This document shows, in pieces, positions 48,784-60,104 of a stretch of 64,000 nt of DNA. Under the pieces are notes generated by a model. That model had not been told where the DNA came from. It searched no databases and saw only the letters and a program-made list of their open reading frames with translations. This stretch comes from Candidatus Eiseniibacteriota bacterium. GTDB taxonomy: Bacteria > Eisenbacteria > RBG-16-71-46 > SZUA-252. Every line of letters starts with the position of its first letter. Position 1 is the stretch's first letter. Location of the stretch: the NCBI GenBank assembly GCA_963703225.1, contig OY969801.1:2848001-2912000 (forward strand). Reading direction: 5' to 3'. Position numbers and translations under genes: made by a program.

Positions 48784-49416
48784 TCAGTCGCCGCTCTTCC
48801 CTCGCTGGCGCGCGCGGGTGGTCGGCTTGGGGGCCATGGGAACGCCCTTTTTCCCGAACTTGTCGCCGCGTGAAGGCTTGGGCGCGCGCTCCTTCTTCGG
48901 AGCCTCCACGGCCGCAGCCCCCTCACCCTTTGCCGCCGCATCACCCTTCGCCGCCGCCTCGCCCTTGGCCGCCTTCGCAGCCTTCCCGCCCGCCTTCGCG
49001 GCCGACTTGGCAGCCTTGGCCGCCTCCTCAGCCTCCTTCTTGAGCCGCTCCTTCACCTCGGGCGACTTGATCAGCTCGAGGAGCGCCATCTCGCCGGCGT
49101 CACCCAGCCGCCGTCCGATCCGGATGATCCGCGTGTAACCGCCGTTTCGCTCTTCGTACCAGGGCGCCACGGTATCGAACAGCTTCCTCACGACGTCATC
49201 GCCGTGCACGAAGCGCGCGACATGCCGCCGGGCCGCCACGTCCCCACGCTTGGCGAACGTGATCATCCGCTCTCCAAGGCGGCGCGCTTCCTTGGCCTTG
49301 GCGACCGTCGTCTCGATCCGCTCGTGCTGGAAGAGCGACGTCACCAAATTCCGAAGCAATGCCCTCCGGTGGGAGTGCGTTCGGCTGAGCTTTCTATGAT
49401 CCTTGCGATGACGCAT
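48784..49416 (-). CDS. rplQ: 50S ribosomal protein L17 (long K/A-rich C-terminal tail)
   Basis: MRHRK...[19 protein letters not shown]. Confidence 0.97.
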   Translation of the reverse strand: MRHRKDHRKLSRTHSHRRALLRNLVTSLFQHERIETTVAKAKEARRLGERMITFAKRGDVAARRHVARFVHGDDVVRKLFDTVAPWYEERNGGYTRIIRIGRRLGDAGEMALLELIKSPEVKERLKKEAEEAAKAAKSAAKAGGKAAKAAKGEAAAKGDAAAKGEGAAAVEAPKKERAPKPSRGDKFGKKGVPMAPKPTTRARQRGKSGD

Positions 49417-49457
49417 GACTGGATTTCCCGCCCTCTATGGTTGCGCGGCAACGACCC

Positions 49458-50450
49458 CTACGCCGCCTCGATCTTCTCGCCGAGCTTGTACCGGCTCACG
49501 TCCATGCCAAACTGGAGGTTCATGCTCGCGAGGATGTCGGCGATCTCCTTGAGCGACTTCCGGCCGAAGTTCCGATACTTGAGCATCTCGCCCTCGGACT
49601 TGGTCACCAGGTCGCCGATGGTCTTGATGTTGGCCGCCTTCAAGCAATTCGAAGACCGCACCGAAAGCTCCAGCTCCTCGACGCTCCGTTCGAGCAGCGT
49701 CTTGATCCGGAGGAACTCCTCGTCCACCTCCTCCTCCACCTCTTCGACGATCTCTTCCTCGAAGTGGACGAACAGGGCGAAGTGGTCTTTCAGGATCTTG
49801 GCGCCGTACGCGAGCGCGTCCGAGGGGATGACGCTTCCGTCGGTCCAGATCTCCAGCGTCAGCTTATCGTAGTCGATGCGCTGCCCGATCCGGGTGTTCT
49901 CAACCTCGAAATTCACCTTGGTGACGGGCGAGAACATCGAATCGACCGGCAGCACCCCGATGGGGCGGTCCTGGACGGCCTGGTTCTCGGCCGAGACATA
50001 GCCCCGTCCCGCGCCCACTTCGACCTCGGCGCGAAACTCCCCGTCCTTGTTGAGCGTGCAGATGTGCAGCTCGGGGTTCAGGACCTCGATGTCCGGGTCG
50101 GCCTTCAAGTCGCCCGCCTTGACGTCGTTCTTTCCGCGGGCGTCGAAGAGCGCCATCTTGGGCCCGTCGCTGTGGATCTTGAAGCGCATCTGCTTCAAGT
50201 TGAGGAGGATTTCGGGCACGTCCTCCTTGAGGCCGGGTAGCGTCGAGAACTCGTGCTGGACGCCCTCGATCTTGACGGCCATGACCGCGGCGCCCGGCAA
50301 GGACGAGAGGAGCACGCGCCGGAGCGCGTTCCCCAGCGTCACGCCGAATCCGCGCTCGAGCGGCTCGATCGTGAACTTGCCGTAACGGTTGGTCGAGGTC
50401 TTCTCTTCGGCCTCGACGTTCTTCGGCATCTGCAGATTCTTCCACTTCAT
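49458..50450 (-). CDS. rpoA: RNA polymerase subunit alpha
   Basis: EPLERGFGVTLGNALRRVLLSS; NFGRKSL. Confidence 0.98.
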   Translation of the reverse strand: MKWKNLQMPKNVEAEEKTSTNRYGKFTIEPLERGFGVTLGNALRRVLLSSLPGAAVMAVKIEGVQHEFSTLPGLKEDVPEILLNLKQMRFKIHSDGPKMALFDARGKNDVKAGDLKADPDIEVLNPELHICTLNKDGEFRAEVEVGAGRGYVSAENQAVQDRPIGVLPVDSMFSPVTKVNFEVENTRIGQRIDYDKLTLEIWTDGSVIPSDALAYGAKILKDHFALFVHFEEEIVEEVEEEVDEEFLRIKTLLERSVEELELSVRSSNCLKAANIKTIGDLVTKSEGEMLKYRNFGRKSLKEIADILASMNLQFGMDVSRYKLGEKIEAA

Positions 50451-50477
50451 GGGATGTCTTCCCTCCCTACGCTTGCG

Positions 50478-51107
50478 TTACTTCGAGTAGAGCTCGACGA
50501 TGAGCTGCTCGGTCACCTTGGTCGGAATATTTCCACGCGTCGGGTACTCCAACAGCCGCCCCGACAGCTTCTCGGAATCGAGACTGAGCCAGCTCATCAT
50601 CTCGCGTCCCTTGCTGGCTTCCAGCGACGACTGAATCGCCGTGAGATCCTTGCTGCCCGGGCGGACGCGGATCTCGTCGCCCACCCGCACCGAGAACGAC
50701 GGTACGTCCACGATCCGCTCATTCACCGTGAAATGGCGGTGGCGCACCAGCTGGCGCGCGGAGGAGCGGGAAGGCGCGAATCCGAGGCGGAAGACCAGGT
50801 TGTCCAGCCGCCGCTCCAGGGCCAGCAACAGATTCTGCCCGGTCACGCCCTTCTGATGCTCCGCCTTGGCGAAGTAGTTCCGGAACTGCGCTTCCAAGAC
50901 GCCGTAGATCCGCCTTGTCTTCTGCTTCATACGGAGCTGCACGCCGTAGTTGGTCTCCTTGGGGCGCCGATCTTTTCCGTGCTCCCCAGGGGCATAGCCG
51001 CGGCGCTCGAATGCGCACTTCTCCGTAAAGCAGCGGGATCCCTTGAGGAAGAGCTTCTCTCCCTCCCGGCGGCAGAGCCGGCACTTTGCTTCGCGATAAG
51101 TCGCCAT
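50478..51107 (-). CDS. rpsD: 30S ribosomal protein S4
   Basis: [22 protein letters not shown]. Confidence 0.98.
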   Translation of the reverse strand: MATYREAKCRLCRREGEKLFLKGSRCFTEKCAFERRGYAPGEHGKDRRPKETNYGVQLRMKQKTRRIYGVLEAQFRNYFAKAEHQKGVTGQNLLLALERRLDNLVFRLGFAPSRSSARQLVRHRHFTVNERIVDVPSFSVRVGDEIRVRPGSKDLTAIQSSLEASKGREMMSWLSLDSEKLSGRLLEYPTRGNIPTKVTEQLIVELYSK

Positions 51108-51134
51108 AGTCTCGGTTTGCTCCTCCTTCGGCCG

Positions 51135-51569
51135 CTAGACGCGCCGCCGCTTGGGCGGGCGACAACCGTTGTGCGGAATCGGCGTGACATCCTTGATGGC
51201 GGAGATCTCGAGGCCGGCCGCCTGGAGCGAACGGATGGCCGCCTCGCGTCCCGCGCCCGGACCCTTCACCCACACTTCCACCTTCTTCAGCCCGAGCGAG
51301 ATGGCTTCCTTCGTCGCCGCTTCCGCGGCGATCTGCGCGGCGAAGGGAGTGCTCTTGCGCGAGCCCTTGAAACCGACTTTGCCGGCGCTGGCCCAGGAGA
51401 CCGTATGGCCGTCCATGTCGGCGATGGTGACGATGGTGTTGTTGAACGTCGAATGGACGTGGGCGATTCCGTTGATGCCCACCTTCCGCTCGCGCTTCTT
51501 CTTCGGCTTGGGCGTCGCCGTCGGCGCCGCTGGCGCCGCGGGTGCCGCTGCTTGCTGTTGCTCGGCCAC
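51135..51569 (-). CDS. rpsK: 30S ribosomal protein S11
   Basis: [25 protein letters not shown]. Confidence 0.98.
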   Translation of the reverse strand: MAEQQQAAAPAAPAAPTATPKPKKKRERKVGINGIAHVHSTFNNTIVTIADMDGHTVSWASAGKVGFKGSRKSTPFAAQIAAEAATKEAISLGLKKVEVWVKGPGAGREAAIRSLQAAGLEISAIKDVTPIPHNGCRPPKRRRV

Positions 51570-51603
51570 TACGCTCTCTCCTTCGTCTGGGTTCGGCTCA
51601 ACA

Positions 51604-52014
51604 TCAACCCGCCGGCTTCGGCGCGGGCCTCTTGGCGGCGACCGCCACCTTGCGAACGGCGCCTGCCGTCTTCTTGGGTCCCTTGCGCGTGCGCGCGTTG
51701 GTGCGGGTACGCTGCCCGCGCGCCGGCAGATTCTTCCGATGGCGCAGCCCGCGGTAAGCGCCGATGTCCATCAATCGCTTGATCGACATCGCCACTTCGC
51801 TGCGGCGCGCTCCCTCGACCTTGAACTGGCTCTCGATCATCTGACGGAGGCGCTGGACATCCTCTTCCGTCAGGGCCTTCACGCGGGTGTCCGGATTCAC
51901 GCCGGTCAACTTGACGATCTTCCGCGCGGACGAATGGCCGATCCCAAAGATGTAGGTCAGCCCGATGACGATGCGCTTGTCGTTGGGTAGATCGACGCCT
52001 GCAATACGAGCCAA
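51604..52014 (-). CDS. rpsM: 30S ribosomal protein S13
   Basis: [26 protein letters not shown] start. Confidence 0.98.
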   Translation of the reverse strand: MARIAGVDLPNDKRIVIGLTYIFGIGHSSARKIVKLTGVNPDTRVKALTEEDVQRLRQMIESQFKVEGARRSEVAMSIKRLMDIGAYRGLRHRKNLPARGQRTRTNARTRKGPKKTAGAVRKVAVAAKRPAPKPAG

Positions 52015-52029
52015 AGTGCTCCTCCTATC

Positions 52030-52143
52030 CTAACCCTGGCGCTGCTTGTGGCGCGGGTTCTTGCAGATGATGCGCACGACGCCCTTGCGCCGGACCACCT
52101 TGCAGCTGTCGCAGATCTTCGTAACCGATGCTTTCACCTTCAT
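52030..52143 (-). CDS. rpmJ: 50S ribosomal protein L36 (absent from the ORF track)
   Basis: Manual translation [37 protein letters not shown]. Confidence 0.97.
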   Translation of the reverse strand: MKVKASVTKICDSCKVVRRKGVVRIICKNPRHKQRQG

Positions 52144-52157
52144 GGCGATTCCATTCC

Positions 52158-52376
52158 CTATTTGTAGCGGTAGATGATTCTCCCGCGGGTTAAATCGTAC
52201 GGCGACAACTCCACCGTGACCTTGTCTCCGGGCAGGATCTTGATGAAGTTCATCCGCATCTTGCCCGAGATATGCGCGAGCACCTTGTGTCCGTTCTCCA
52301 GCTCCACCCGAAACATCGCGTTGGGAAGGGGCTCGAGCACCGTCCCCTCAACCTGGACGCCTTCCTCTTTCGCCAT
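52158..52376 (-). CDS. infA: Translation initiation factor IF-1
   Basis: [23 protein letters not shown]...[10 protein letters not shown]. Confidence 0.98.
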   Translation of the reverse strand: MAKEEGVQVEGTVLEPLPNAMFRVELENGHKVLAHISGKMRMNFIKILPGDKVTVELSPYDLTRGRIIYRYK

Positions 52377-52380
52377 TCCC

Positions 52381-53139
52381 TCAGTTCGCCTCGACCAGGG
52401 AAAGCACCTCGGGCCCATCCGGGCCGATCGCGACGGTGTGCTCGAAATGGGCGGAGATCTTTCGATCGACCGTCACCACCGTCCACTGGTCGGCAAGCGT
52501 CACGACGTCCGCGGCGCCCGCGTTGACCATCGGCTCGATCGCCAGGGCCATCCCCTCTTCCAGCACAGCGCCTTCCCCGGGCCGTCCGTAGTTCGGGACC
52601 TGGGGATCCTCGTGAAGCTCCCGGCCAATTCCGTGGCCCACGAGCGCGCGCACGACGCTGAACCCGTTCCCCTTCACTTCCTGCTCGATCGCGGCGGAGA
52701 TGTCGGAGAGCCGCCCGCCGTCGCGCGCGCGGCTGATGCCCTTGGTCAGCGCCCGCTCCGTGATCTCCAAGAGCCTCGCCGCCTCCGCCGAGATCGTCCC
52801 CACCGGAAAGGTCCGCGCGGCATCGCCATACCAGCCGTTCTTCCGCACGCCGATGTCCAGCGACACGATATCCCCTTCCTTGAGGACACGCTTCGCGGTC
52901 GGAATCCCGTGCACCACCTCCTCGTTCACCGATGCGCAGATGCTCGCGGGATACCCGCGGTAGCCTTTGAACGCCGGCTCGCCACCCTGATCGCGGATGA
53001 ACTGATCCGCGAGCCGGTCGAGCTGAAGCGTGGTCACGCCGGGACGGATCTCACGCTCGAGCATCTGGAGGCACTTCGCCACGATTCGCGCGCTCTCCCG
53101 GATACCGGCGACCTCGTCCTGCGTGTTGATCCGAATCAT
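52381..53139 (-). CDS. map: Methionine aminopeptidase type I
   Basis: [28 protein letters not shown]. Confidence 0.96.
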   Translation of the reverse strand: MIRINTQDEVAGIRESARIVAKCLQMLEREIRPGVTTLQLDRLADQFIRDQGGEPAFKGYRGYPASICASVNEEVVHGIPTAKRVLKEGDIVSLDIGVRKNGWYGDAARTFPVGTISAEAARLLEITERALTKGISRARDGGRLSDISAAIEQEVKGNGFSVVRALVGHGIGRELHEDPQVPNYGRPGEGAVLEEGMALAIEPMVNAGAADVVTLADQWTVVTVDRKISAHFEHTVAIGPDGPEVLSLVEAN

Positions 53140-53161
53140 CGGTGATTCACTCCTCCGCCGC

Positions 53162-53809
53162 TCACGCGGCGACTTTTCCAATCGCCCGCTCGATTGCCGT
53201 GTAAACCTGACCCGCGGGACCCGAGGCGTCGATGTTCTGAAGCGTCCCTTCGCGCTGGTAGTACGCCACGAGGGGCGCGGTCTCTCTCTCGTACACCTCG
53301 AGCCGCGTGCGCACCGTCGCGGGCTGGTCGTCGGCCCGCTGCTTCAAGGCGCCCCCGCACCGGTCGCATATTCCGGCGACCTTGGGCGGGGCCGTCTTCA
53401 AGTTGTAGATCGCACCGCACTGCCCGCAGAGCCAGCGATCTTGAAGCCTGGCCACCACGGTTTCCGCCGGCACCACCAAATTCACCACGCGATCGATGTT
53501 CCGATCGCCCAAGAGCTTCTTCAGCCCCTCGGCCTGCGCGATGGTCCGCGGAAAGCCGTCGAGCAGGAACCCGTTCCGGGCGTCGTGGAGACCGATCCGG
53601 GTCTCGATCAGGCCCAGCACCGTCTCGTCCGCGACCAGCCGTCCCGCCTTCACGTCCGCCTGGGCCGCCAGGCCCAGATGCGTTTCCTGCGCGATCGCCT
53701 CGCGGAGGATGTCCCCCGTCGAGATGAGCGGCAGGCTCAGCTTCTCCGCCAGCCGCTTCCCATGCGTCCCCTTGCCGCTCCCCGGAGGGCCGAGGAGCAC
53801 CACCCTCAT
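53162..53809 (-). CDS. adk: Adenylate kinase (zinc-lid type)
   Basis: GPPGSGKGT, LDGFPRT, CxxC...CxxC lid. Confidence 0.97.
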   Translation of the reverse strand: MRVVLLGPPGSGKGTHGKRLAEKLSLPLISTGDILREAIAQETHLGLAAQADVKAGRLVADETVLGLIETRIGLHDARNGFLLDGFPRTIAQAEGLKKLLGDRNIDRVVNLVVPAETVVARLQDRWLCGQCGAIYNLKTAPPKVAGICDRCGGALKQRADDQPATVRTRLEVYERETAPLVAYYQREGTLQNIDASGPAGQVYTAIERAIGKVAA

Positions 53810-53817
53810 CGGCGGCT

Positions 53818-53899
53818 CCCGCCGAACCCGCTCCGGCCGACCACATTCCCGCCGAACCCACTCCGGCCGACCACATCCCCGCCGAAGCCGCTCCGGCCG
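53818..53899. repeat. 30-bp tandem repeat (~2.7 copies) between secY and adk
   Basis: Unit cccgccgaacccgctccggccgaccacatt. Confidence 0.85.
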
Positions 53900-53912
53900 G
53901 TCTCGCTCCGGC

Positions 53913-55220
53913 TCAGCGGCGGCCCCGCATCTTTCCGTGCGTCACAAAGCCCTCGTAGTGGCGCGCGATCAGGTGCGTCTCGATCTGCTGCAGCGTGTCG
54001 AGCGCGACGCCCACCACGATCAGCACGCTCGTCCCGCCGAAATAGAACGGAACGTTGAATCGCCGGATCAGGATGTCCGGCAGCACCGCGATCAGCGCCA
54101 GGAAGATCGCTCCGGGCAGCGTGATGCGCGAAAGAATGCGATCCATATACTCGGCGGTCTTCCGGCCCGGCCGAATCCCCGGCACGAACCCGCCGAACTT
54201 CTTCATGTTGTCCGCCATGTCCGTCGGGTTCAGGACGATCGCGGTATAGAAGTACGTGAAAAAGATGATCGTGAGCGAATAGAAAACCACGTAGATCCAG
54301 GTGCCGTGCGAGAACCAACCGGCGATCGTCTGGATCGCCATGTTTCCCCCGAAATAGATCGCCAGCGTCCCCGGAAGCATGATCAACGACTGGGCAAAGA
54401 TGATCGGGATGACGCCCGCGGTGTTCACCCTCAGCGGGATGTAGCTGCTCTGGCCGCCGTACATCTTCCGACCCACGACCCGCTTCGCGTACTGGACCGG
54501 GATCTTCCGTTGCGCCTGCGTCATGGCCACCACCGAGGCGATGACGCCGACCATGATGAGCAGCATGAGCGCGGCCACCACCGGCGACAGCGTCCCCACG
54601 CGGAGCGCCCGGATCGAGTTCACGATGTCGGCCGGGAAGCGCGCCACGATCCCGATGAAGATGATCAGCGAGATCCCGTTTCCAATGCCGTGCTCGGTGA
54701 TCTGCTCTCCCAGCCACATGATGAGAATCGTCCCGGCCGTCTGGGTGATCATCGTCATGAGCTGGAATCCGATCCCCGGGTGCGGCACCACCGGCGCGCC
54801 GGCCGAGCCCATCGATTCCAGAAACTTCGCGAACGCGAGCGACTGCACCGCGGCCAACGCCACGGTCCCGACGCGCGTGTACTGCGTGATCTTCTTTCGG
54901 CCCTCTTCCCCCTCCTTCTGGAGCTTCTCGAAGTAGGGGATCACCGCTCCCAAAAGCTGGAAGATGATCGAGACCGAGATGTACGGCATGATCCCGAGCG
55001 CGAACACGGTCGCCTTGGCAAAGCTCCCGCCGACGAACAGATCGTAGAGCCCGAAGAGCGAATTCGCCTGGCTCGCGAATGCCGCGACGAGCGCTTCGCT
55101 GTTCACACCCGGCGTGGGGATGTGTCCGCCCAGCCGGTAAACGCAGAGCAGCGCGATCGTGTAGAGAACTTTCCGCTTGAGAACCGGGACCCGGAATATG
55201 TTTTGGAGCTTCTCTAACAT
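53913..55220 (-). CDS. secY: Preprotein translocase SecY
   Basis: FALGIMPYI, GIGNGISLIIF, GGTSVLIVVGV. Confidence 0.98.
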   Translation of the reverse strand: MLEKLQNIFRVPVLKRKVLYTIALLCVYRLGGHIPTPGVNSEALVAAFASQANSLFGLYDLFVGGSFAKATVFALGIMPYISVSIIFQLLGAVIPYFEKLQKEGEEGRKKITQYTRVGTVALAAVQSLAFAKFLESMGSAGAPVVPHPGIGFQLMTMITQTAGTILIMWLGEQITEHGIGNGISLIIFIGIVARFPADIVNSIRALRVGTLSPVVAALMLLIMVGVIASVVAMTQAQRKIPVQYAKRVVGRKMYGGQSSYIPLRVNTAGVIPIIFAQSLIMLPGTLAIYFGGNMAIQTIAGWFSHGTWIYVVFYSLTIIFFTYFYTAIVLNPTDMADNMKKFGGFVPGIRPGRKTAEYMDRILSRITLPGAIFLALIAVLPDILIRRFNVPFYFGGTSVLIVVGVALDTLQQIETHLIARHYEGFVTHGKMRGRR

Positions 55221-55229
55221 CTCCCCTGC

Positions 55230-55718
55230 CTACGCCTTTGCTTCCCGCGGCACGCCGCGCGGCCGGTACACCTTGGGCGTCGGGAGCGTCACGGTGCCCC
55301 CCGCCGCTTCGATCTTGCCCCTCGCGGAGGCGCTGACGCCGTCCACCATCACGGTGAGCGCCGCCGCCACCTCTCCGTTGCCCAGGATCTTGACCGGCAA
55401 GGTGGTCCGCCCGATCAGGCGCTTCGCCTTCAAGCTCTCGCGGTTCACCGTCTCCCCCATCGCGAAGCGGGAGAGGGAGGCCACGTTCACGACCTGGAAG
55501 GCCACGCGCGTGGGGTTCTTGAAGCCCACCTTGGGCAGACGCCGCTGGATGGGCATCTGGCCGCCCTCAAACCAGCGGGCCACCTTGCCTCCGGTCCGCG
55601 CGAGCTGGCCCTTGTGGCCCTTGCCCGCGGTGCCGCCGAGGCCCGACGCGGGTCCCAACCCCCGACGCTTCCGATCGCGGGTGGCCCCTTTGGCCGGCTT
55701 GATCTGTCCGATTCTCAT
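55230..55718 (-). CDS. rplO: 50S ribosomal protein L15
   Basis: GKGHKGQ..R...FEGGQMPI.RRLPK.GF. Confidence 0.97.
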   Translation of the reverse strand: MRIGQIKPAKGATRDRKRRGLGPASGLGGTAGKGHKGQLARTGGKVARWFEGGQMPIQRRLPKVGFKNPTRVAFQVVNVASLSRFAMGETVNRESLKAKRLIGRTTLPVKILGNGEVAAALTVMVDGVSASARGKIEAAGGTVTLPTPKVYRPRGVPREAKA

Positions 55719-55963
55719 GACGCCGCCTTCTTGGATTTTCGGGCCTTGCCCGTTGATTTCCGGGTCTTGCCGGCCGCGCCGCCCGTGGCAGGCTCGACGC
55801 GAACCAGGTAATCGACCTGGGCTACCATGCCGCGAATCTGCGGCGTGTCTTCCTGGATCACGAAATGGTTCACGCGGCGGAGCCCCAACGCCTCGAGGGT
55901 CCGCTTGTGCTTTTCGATGCAGCGGATCTTGCTCCGCTCCTGCGTGATCTTAATTTTGGACAT
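55715..55963 (-). CDS. rpmD: 50S ribosomal protein L30
   Basis: KIKITQ.RS.I...TLEALGLRR; operon position. Confidence 0.95.
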   Translation of the reverse strand: MSKIKITQERSKIRCIEKHKRTLEALGLRRVNHFVIQEDTPQIRGMVAQVDYLVRVEPATGGAAGKTRKSTGKARKSKKAAS

Positions 55964-56504
55964 CGCCCTCTACCTTGCGGCGGATCCCCAACAGCTCGTC
56001 CACGGTCTTTCCGCGCAGCGCGGCGACGTCGGCCGCGCGGCGAAGCCCTTGAAGCCCCTTCACCGTGGCCTTGACCACGTTGTGCGGGTTGCTCGAGCCG
56101 AGCGACTTGGTGAGGATGTCCTGAATCCCCGCGGCTTCGAGCACGGCGCGGATGGCGCCGCCCGCGATGACGCCGGTTCCGGCGCTCGCCGGCTTCATAA
56201 AGACCCGGCCGGCGCCGAAGTGGCCCGTCACCTCGTGAGGAATCGTGGTGCGGCGGAGCGGCACCTCGAACATCCGCTTCTTGGCCGATTCGCCCGCCTT
56301 GCGGATGGCGTCCGCCACTTCGTTCGCCTTGCCCAGCCCCACGCCCACCTTCCCCTTGCCGTCCCCCACCGCCACGATGGCGTTAAAGCTGAACCGTCGC
56401 CCGCCCTTCACGACCTTGGCGACGCGATTGACATGAATGACGCGCTCGATGAACTCCGAGTCCGTCTGCTGCATCGAGCGGCCGCGCATTCCTGGATGAG
56501 CCAT
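55950..56504 (-). CDS. rpsE: 30S ribosomal protein S5
   Basis: [23 protein letters not shown]. Confidence 0.98.
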   Translation of the reverse strand: MAHPGMRGRSMQQTDSEFIERVIHVNRVAKVVKGGRRFSFNAIVAVGDGKGKVGVGLGKANEVADAIRKAGESAKKRMFEVPLRRTTIPHEVTGHFGAGRVFMKPASAGTGVIAGGAIRAVLEAAGIQDILTKSLGSSNPHNVVKATVKGLQGLRRAADVAALRGKTVDELLGIRRKVEGDVQN

Positions 56505-56512
56505 GAATTCTC

Positions 56513-56887
56513 CTAAAAGGTCAGACCGCCCTCGCGGGCGCCGTCGGCGACCGCTTTGACGCGGCCGTGATACAGGTACCCGCCGCGGTCAAAGCAGACC
56601 CGGGCGATCCCCTTCTCCTTGGCGATCGCGGCGACGGCCTTGCCGACAATCTTGCCCGCCCCGACCTTTCCCTTGGCCGTCTTCACCTCGGTCGCCAAAC
56701 CCTTGTCGAGTGAGGAGACGGTCAGAATCGTCCGGCCGGCCAGATCGTCGACCAGCTGGGCGTAAATGTGATTCAGGCTGCGAAAGACGACCAAGCGCGG
56801 GCGCTCCGCCGTACCCCGGACCTTTCGGCGGATCCGAAGGTGGCGCCGCTCCCGCCCCCGCAATCTTGGTGTGGCCGCTGATTTCAT
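56513..56887 (-). CDS. rplR: 50S ribosomal protein L18
   Basis: [21 protein letters not shown]. Confidence 0.98.
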   Translation of the reverse strand: MKSAATPRLRGRERRHLRIRRKVRGTAERPRLVVFRSLNHIYAQLVDDLAGRTILTVSSLDKGLATEVKTAKGKVGAGKIVGKAVAAIAKEKGIARVCFDRGGYLYHGRVKAVADGAREGGLTF

Positions 56888-56924
56888 CGCTTGGCTCTCA
56901 CGTTAGCCGGACCCTGGCCGTGGC

Positions 56925-57476
56925 CTAGGCGGTCTTCCCGCCGGCGGCCTTGCCCGCCTTCCGCCGGACGTACTCCCCGGCGTATCGAATGCCCTTCCCC
57001 TTGTATGGCTCGGGCGGACGGTATCCACGGATGTTCGCGGCCACCTGTCCGACCAGCTCCTTGTTGAATCCGCTGACGATGACCTTGGTCGGCCCGTCGA
57101 TCGCGACCGTGATGCCCGAGGGCGGGTCGAACTCGATCGGATGCGAAAACCCGAGCTGGAGCGTGAGCTTCTTCCCGCTCATCTGCGCCCGGTAGCCGGT
57201 CCCCTGGATCTCCAGCGTCTTGGAAAACCCCTTCGTCACGCCCGCGACCATGTTCGCGATCACCGCTCGCGTCGTGCCGTGGAGCGCCAGCGCCTGCTTG
57301 CCGCCGCCCACCTGGCTCACGAGCACGGTCTGCGGCTCCACCTTCACGTCGACGCCGTGCGCCAGCGCGAACGTCAGCTCGCCCTTCGGTCCCTTGACGT
57401 GGACCGAGCCCCCGTCGCGCGTCACCTGGACGCCGGACGGGATCTCGATCGGCTTCTTGCCTACTCGTGACGGCAT
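56925..57476 (-). CDS. rplF: 50S ribosomal protein L6
   Basis: SRVGKKPI, PEPYKGKGIRY. Confidence 0.98.
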   Translation of the reverse strand: MPSRVGKKPIEIPSGVQVTRDGGSVHVKGPKGELTFALAHGVDVKVEPQTVLVSQVGGGKQALALHGTTRAVIANMVAGVTKGFSKTLEIQGTGYRAQMSGKKLTLQLGFSHPIEFDPPSGITVAIDGPTKVIVSGFNKELVGQVAANIRGYRPPEPYKGKGIRYAGEYVRRKAGKAAGGKTA

Positions 57477-57485
57477 CGCTCGCTC

Positions 57486-57884
57486 CTACCAGATGCGACA
57501 GAGGTACTCGCCGCCGAGCCCCTCTTCGCGCGCCTCGTGGTCGGTCATGATCCCAGACGGCGTCGAGATGAGCGCGGTGCCCAACCCTCCCTGCACCCTC
57601 GGGATCTCGTGGCGCCGGATGTAGACGCGGCGTCCGGGCTTGCTCACCCGCTCGATGCCCTGGATCACGGGGCGCTCCTTCTGGTCGTACTTGAGATAGA
57701 TGCGCAAGATGCCCCGCTTCTTGTCATCGATCGACTTGTAGTTGTTGATGTACTTCTCCCGCAGCAGGACGCGCACCACCTCGGCCTTGTGCTTGGACGT
57801 GGGGACGTCCACCTTCTTGTGCTTCGCCTTGCAGGCGTTGCGGATGCAGGTCAATAGGTCCGCAATGGGATCGCTAACCGACAT
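57486..57884 (-). CDS. rpsH: 30S ribosomal protein S8
   Basis: DPIADLLT.IRNA, SKPGRRVY. Confidence 0.98.
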   Translation of the reverse strand: MSVSDPIADLLTCIRNACKAKHKKVDVPTSKHKAEVVRVLLREKYINNYKSIDDKKRGILRIYLKYDQKERPVIQGIERVSKPGRRVYIRRHEIPRVQGGLGTALISTPSGIMTDHEAREEGLGGEYLCRIW

Positions 57885-57938
57885 GGTCTCCCTTCACGCT
57901 TCGGGCTCTCGCCCGGGCTCCAATTTCCGTTTCGATGC

Positions 57939-58124
57939 CTACCAGCTCGCCTTCACCACGCCCGGGACCTGGCCCAAGAGGGCGAGTTCCCGGAAGCAAA
58001 TGCGGCAGAGGCCAAAGTCCCGCAGAAAGCCGCGGGGCCTGCCGCACCGGTGGCAGCGGTTGTAGCGGCGCACCTTGAACTTGGGCGTCCGCTTCCATTT
58101 CTCGACGATCGACTTCTTGGCCAA
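57939..58124 (-). CDS. rpsN: 30S ribosomal protein S14 (type Z, zinc-binding)
   Basis: RCHRCGRPR...LCRICFRE. Confidence 0.97.
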   Translation of the reverse strand: MAKKSIVEKWKRTPKFKVRRYNRCHRCGRPRGFLRDFGLCRICFRELALLGQVPGVVKASW

Positions 58125-58152
58125 AATCGCTCCTTTGGCGCCTCGAGGCGCT

Positions 58153-58866
58153 CTAGCGCTGACGGAAGGGCATGTTCATCAACCGCAGAAGCTCCTGCCC
58201 CTCCTCGTCGGTCTTGGCCGACGTGACGAACGTGATGTCCATCCCCCGGATCTTCTCGACCTTGTCGTAGTTGATCTCCGGAAAGATGATCTGCTCCGTC
58301 AGGCCGATGGTGTAGTTCCCGCGACCGTCGAACGAGCGCATGGGCACGCCGCGGAAATCGCGGATACGCGGCAGCGCCACGTTCACCAGCCGGTCGTAAA
58401 ACTCGTACATCCTCGCGCCGCGCAGGGTCACCATGCAGCCGATGGGCTGGCCCTGGCGCAGCTTGAAATTGGCGATCGACTTCTTGGCGCGCCGGATCGC
58501 CGCCTTCTGCCCCGCGATGGTCGAAAGCTCCCCCGCGGCGGTGTCGAGTAGCTTGATGTTCTGAAGGGCGTCACCCACGCCCATGTTCACGACGATCTTG
58601 CGAAGCCGCGGCGCCTGCATCGGGTTCCGGTAGCTGAACCGCTTGACCAGCTCGGGGAGCACGTTCTTCTCGTAGTGCTCCTTGAGCCTCGGAACCCGCG
58701 CCGGAGGCTCGGCCTCGCCGATGACCGGGCCGGCGGCGGCAGCGGCCTCCTTCCCCTTGCTCTTCTTCTTGGATGCGGCAGGGGCGGCCTTCTGCTTCGC
58801 GTCGCCCTTGGGCTTCGCTTCCTTCTTGTCCTTGTCCTTCTTGTCCTTCTCTTTGTCGTCAGCCAT
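58153..58866 (-). CDS. rplE: 50S ribosomal protein L5 (N-terminal K/D/A-rich extension)
   Basis: [25 protein letters not shown]. Confidence 0.97.
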   Translation of the reverse strand: MADDKEKDKKDKDKKEAKPKGDAKQKAAPAASKKKSKGKEAAAAAGPVIGEAEPPARVPRLKEHYEKNVLPELVKRFSYRNPMQAPRLRKIVVNMGVGDALQNIKLLDTAAGELSTIAGQKAAIRRAKKSIANFKLRQGQPIGCMVTLRGARMYEFYDRLVNVALPRIRDFRGVPMRSFDGRGNYTIGLTEQIIFPEINYDKVEKIRGMDITFVTSAKTDEEGQELLRLMNMPFRQR

Positions 58867-59189
58867 CACTTCACTCTCGGAATCGTTTCGCCGCAGCGCT
58901 TGCAGTACCGTTCCCGCTCGCCGTCGGACGTGGCCTTCATGGTGATCCGCACGCCGGTCTGGCACTTGGGGCAGAGGTGCATCGCGTTGGAAGGATTGAC
59001 CGAGGCCTCCTTCTCCAAGATTCCCCCCTGCCGCTGCTGGCCGCGCGGCTTGGTGTGACGCTTCACAAAGTTGATCTTCTCGACGATGAGACGACCGGAT
59101 CCACGCACGACTTTCAGGATCCTTCCGCTCTTACCCTTGTCGTCCCCGGCGATCATGATCACCTGGTCGTTCCTGCGAAAATGAGTCAT
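58866..59189 (-). CDS. rplX: 50S ribosomal protein L24
   Basis: [16 protein letters not shown] motif. Confidence 0.97.
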   Translation of the reverse strand: MTHFRRNDQVIMIAGDDKGKSGRILKVVRGSGRLIVEKINFVKRHTKPRGQQRQGGILEKEASVNPSNAMHLCPKCQTGVRITMKATSDGERERYCKRCGETIPRVK

Positions 59190-59197
59190 CGTTTCCC

Positions 59198-59566
59198 TCA
59201 GATCACTTCCGGAGCGAGCGAGATGATCTTCATGAACTCGCGCTCACGGAGCTCGCGGGCCACGGGGCCGAAGATGCGGGTCCCCTTGGGCTCCTTTTGG
59301 TCGTCGATCAAGACGGCCGCGTTCTGGTCGAACCGGATGTAGCTGCCGTCCCGGCGCCGGACTTCCTTGACGGTCCGGATGAGCACCGCCTTATGGACGT
59401 CCCCCTTCTTGACGGCCGCACCGGGAAGCGCGTCCTGGATCGAGACGACGATGATGTCGCCGAGCCGGCCATAGCGCTTCCGCGTGCCGCCGAGGACCTT
59501 CACGACGCGCGCGACGCGCGCGCCGGAATTGTCCGATATCGCGATGATGCTGCGAGGTTGAACCAT
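59198..59566 (-). CDS. rplN: 50S ribosomal protein L14
   Basis: [24 protein letters not shown]. Confidence 0.98.
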   Translation of the reverse strand: MVQPRSIIAISDNSGARVARVVKVLGGTRKRYGRLGDIIVVSIQDALPGAAVKKGDVHKAVLIRTVKEVRRRDGSYIRFDQNAAVLIDDQKEPKGTRIFGPVARELREREFMKIISLAPEVI

Positions 59567-59593
59567 GGCTCCGCCGTCTCCCTCCCGCCCCCG

Positions 59594-59869
59594 TCAGCGC
59601 TCGACCCGCGTGACAAAGTCGAGGAGCCTCCAGCGCTTGTCCTTGCTCAGGGGCCGGGTCTCCATGAAGCGGACCACGTCACCCACCTTGCATTCGCTCT
59701 TCTCGTCATGGACCTTGAACCGGTTCCGGCGGCGCACGTACTTGCCGTACGTGACGTGCTTCACCAGGCGCTCGATGGTCACGACGGCCGTCTTGGTCAT
59801 GGAATTGCTCACGACCGTTCCGATCATCACCTTCCGCTTGCCGCGGTCTTCCGCTTTCTTCTCCGTCAC
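59594..59869 (-). CDS. rpsQ: 30S ribosomal protein S17
   Basis: GTVVS..M.KT, ETRPLSKDKRW. Confidence 0.98.
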   Translation of the reverse strand: MTEKKAEDRGKRKVMIGTVVSNSMTKTAVVTIERLVKHVTYGKYVRRRNRFKVHDEKSECKVGDVVRFMETRPLSKDKRWRLLDFVTRVER

Positions 59870-60102
59870 GCCTTGGTCTCTCCGTGCCCGGCGAGCTTGC
59901 GAATGCCCTTCCGGTGCTCCGTCAGAATGGTGATGAGCCGCGCGATGTCGTGCCGCTTCTCGCGGATCGAGACGGGGTTCTGCAGCTGGCGCATCGAGTT
60001 CCGGAAGCGGAGATTGAACATCTCTTCCTCCAGCGCCTTGACCTTGGCGACGATTTCCTCCTCGGTCATGTCGCGGATCTTCTCTGCCTTCAGTTCGCGC
60101 AT
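59866..60102 (-). CDS. rpmC: 50S ribosomal protein L29
   Basis: EMFNLRF, DIARLITIL. Confidence 0.96.
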   Translation of the reverse strand: MRELKAEKIRDMTEEEIVAKVKALEEEMFNLRFRNSMRQLQNPVSIREKRHDIARLITILTEHRKGIRKLAGHGETKA

Positions 60103-60104
60103 CC

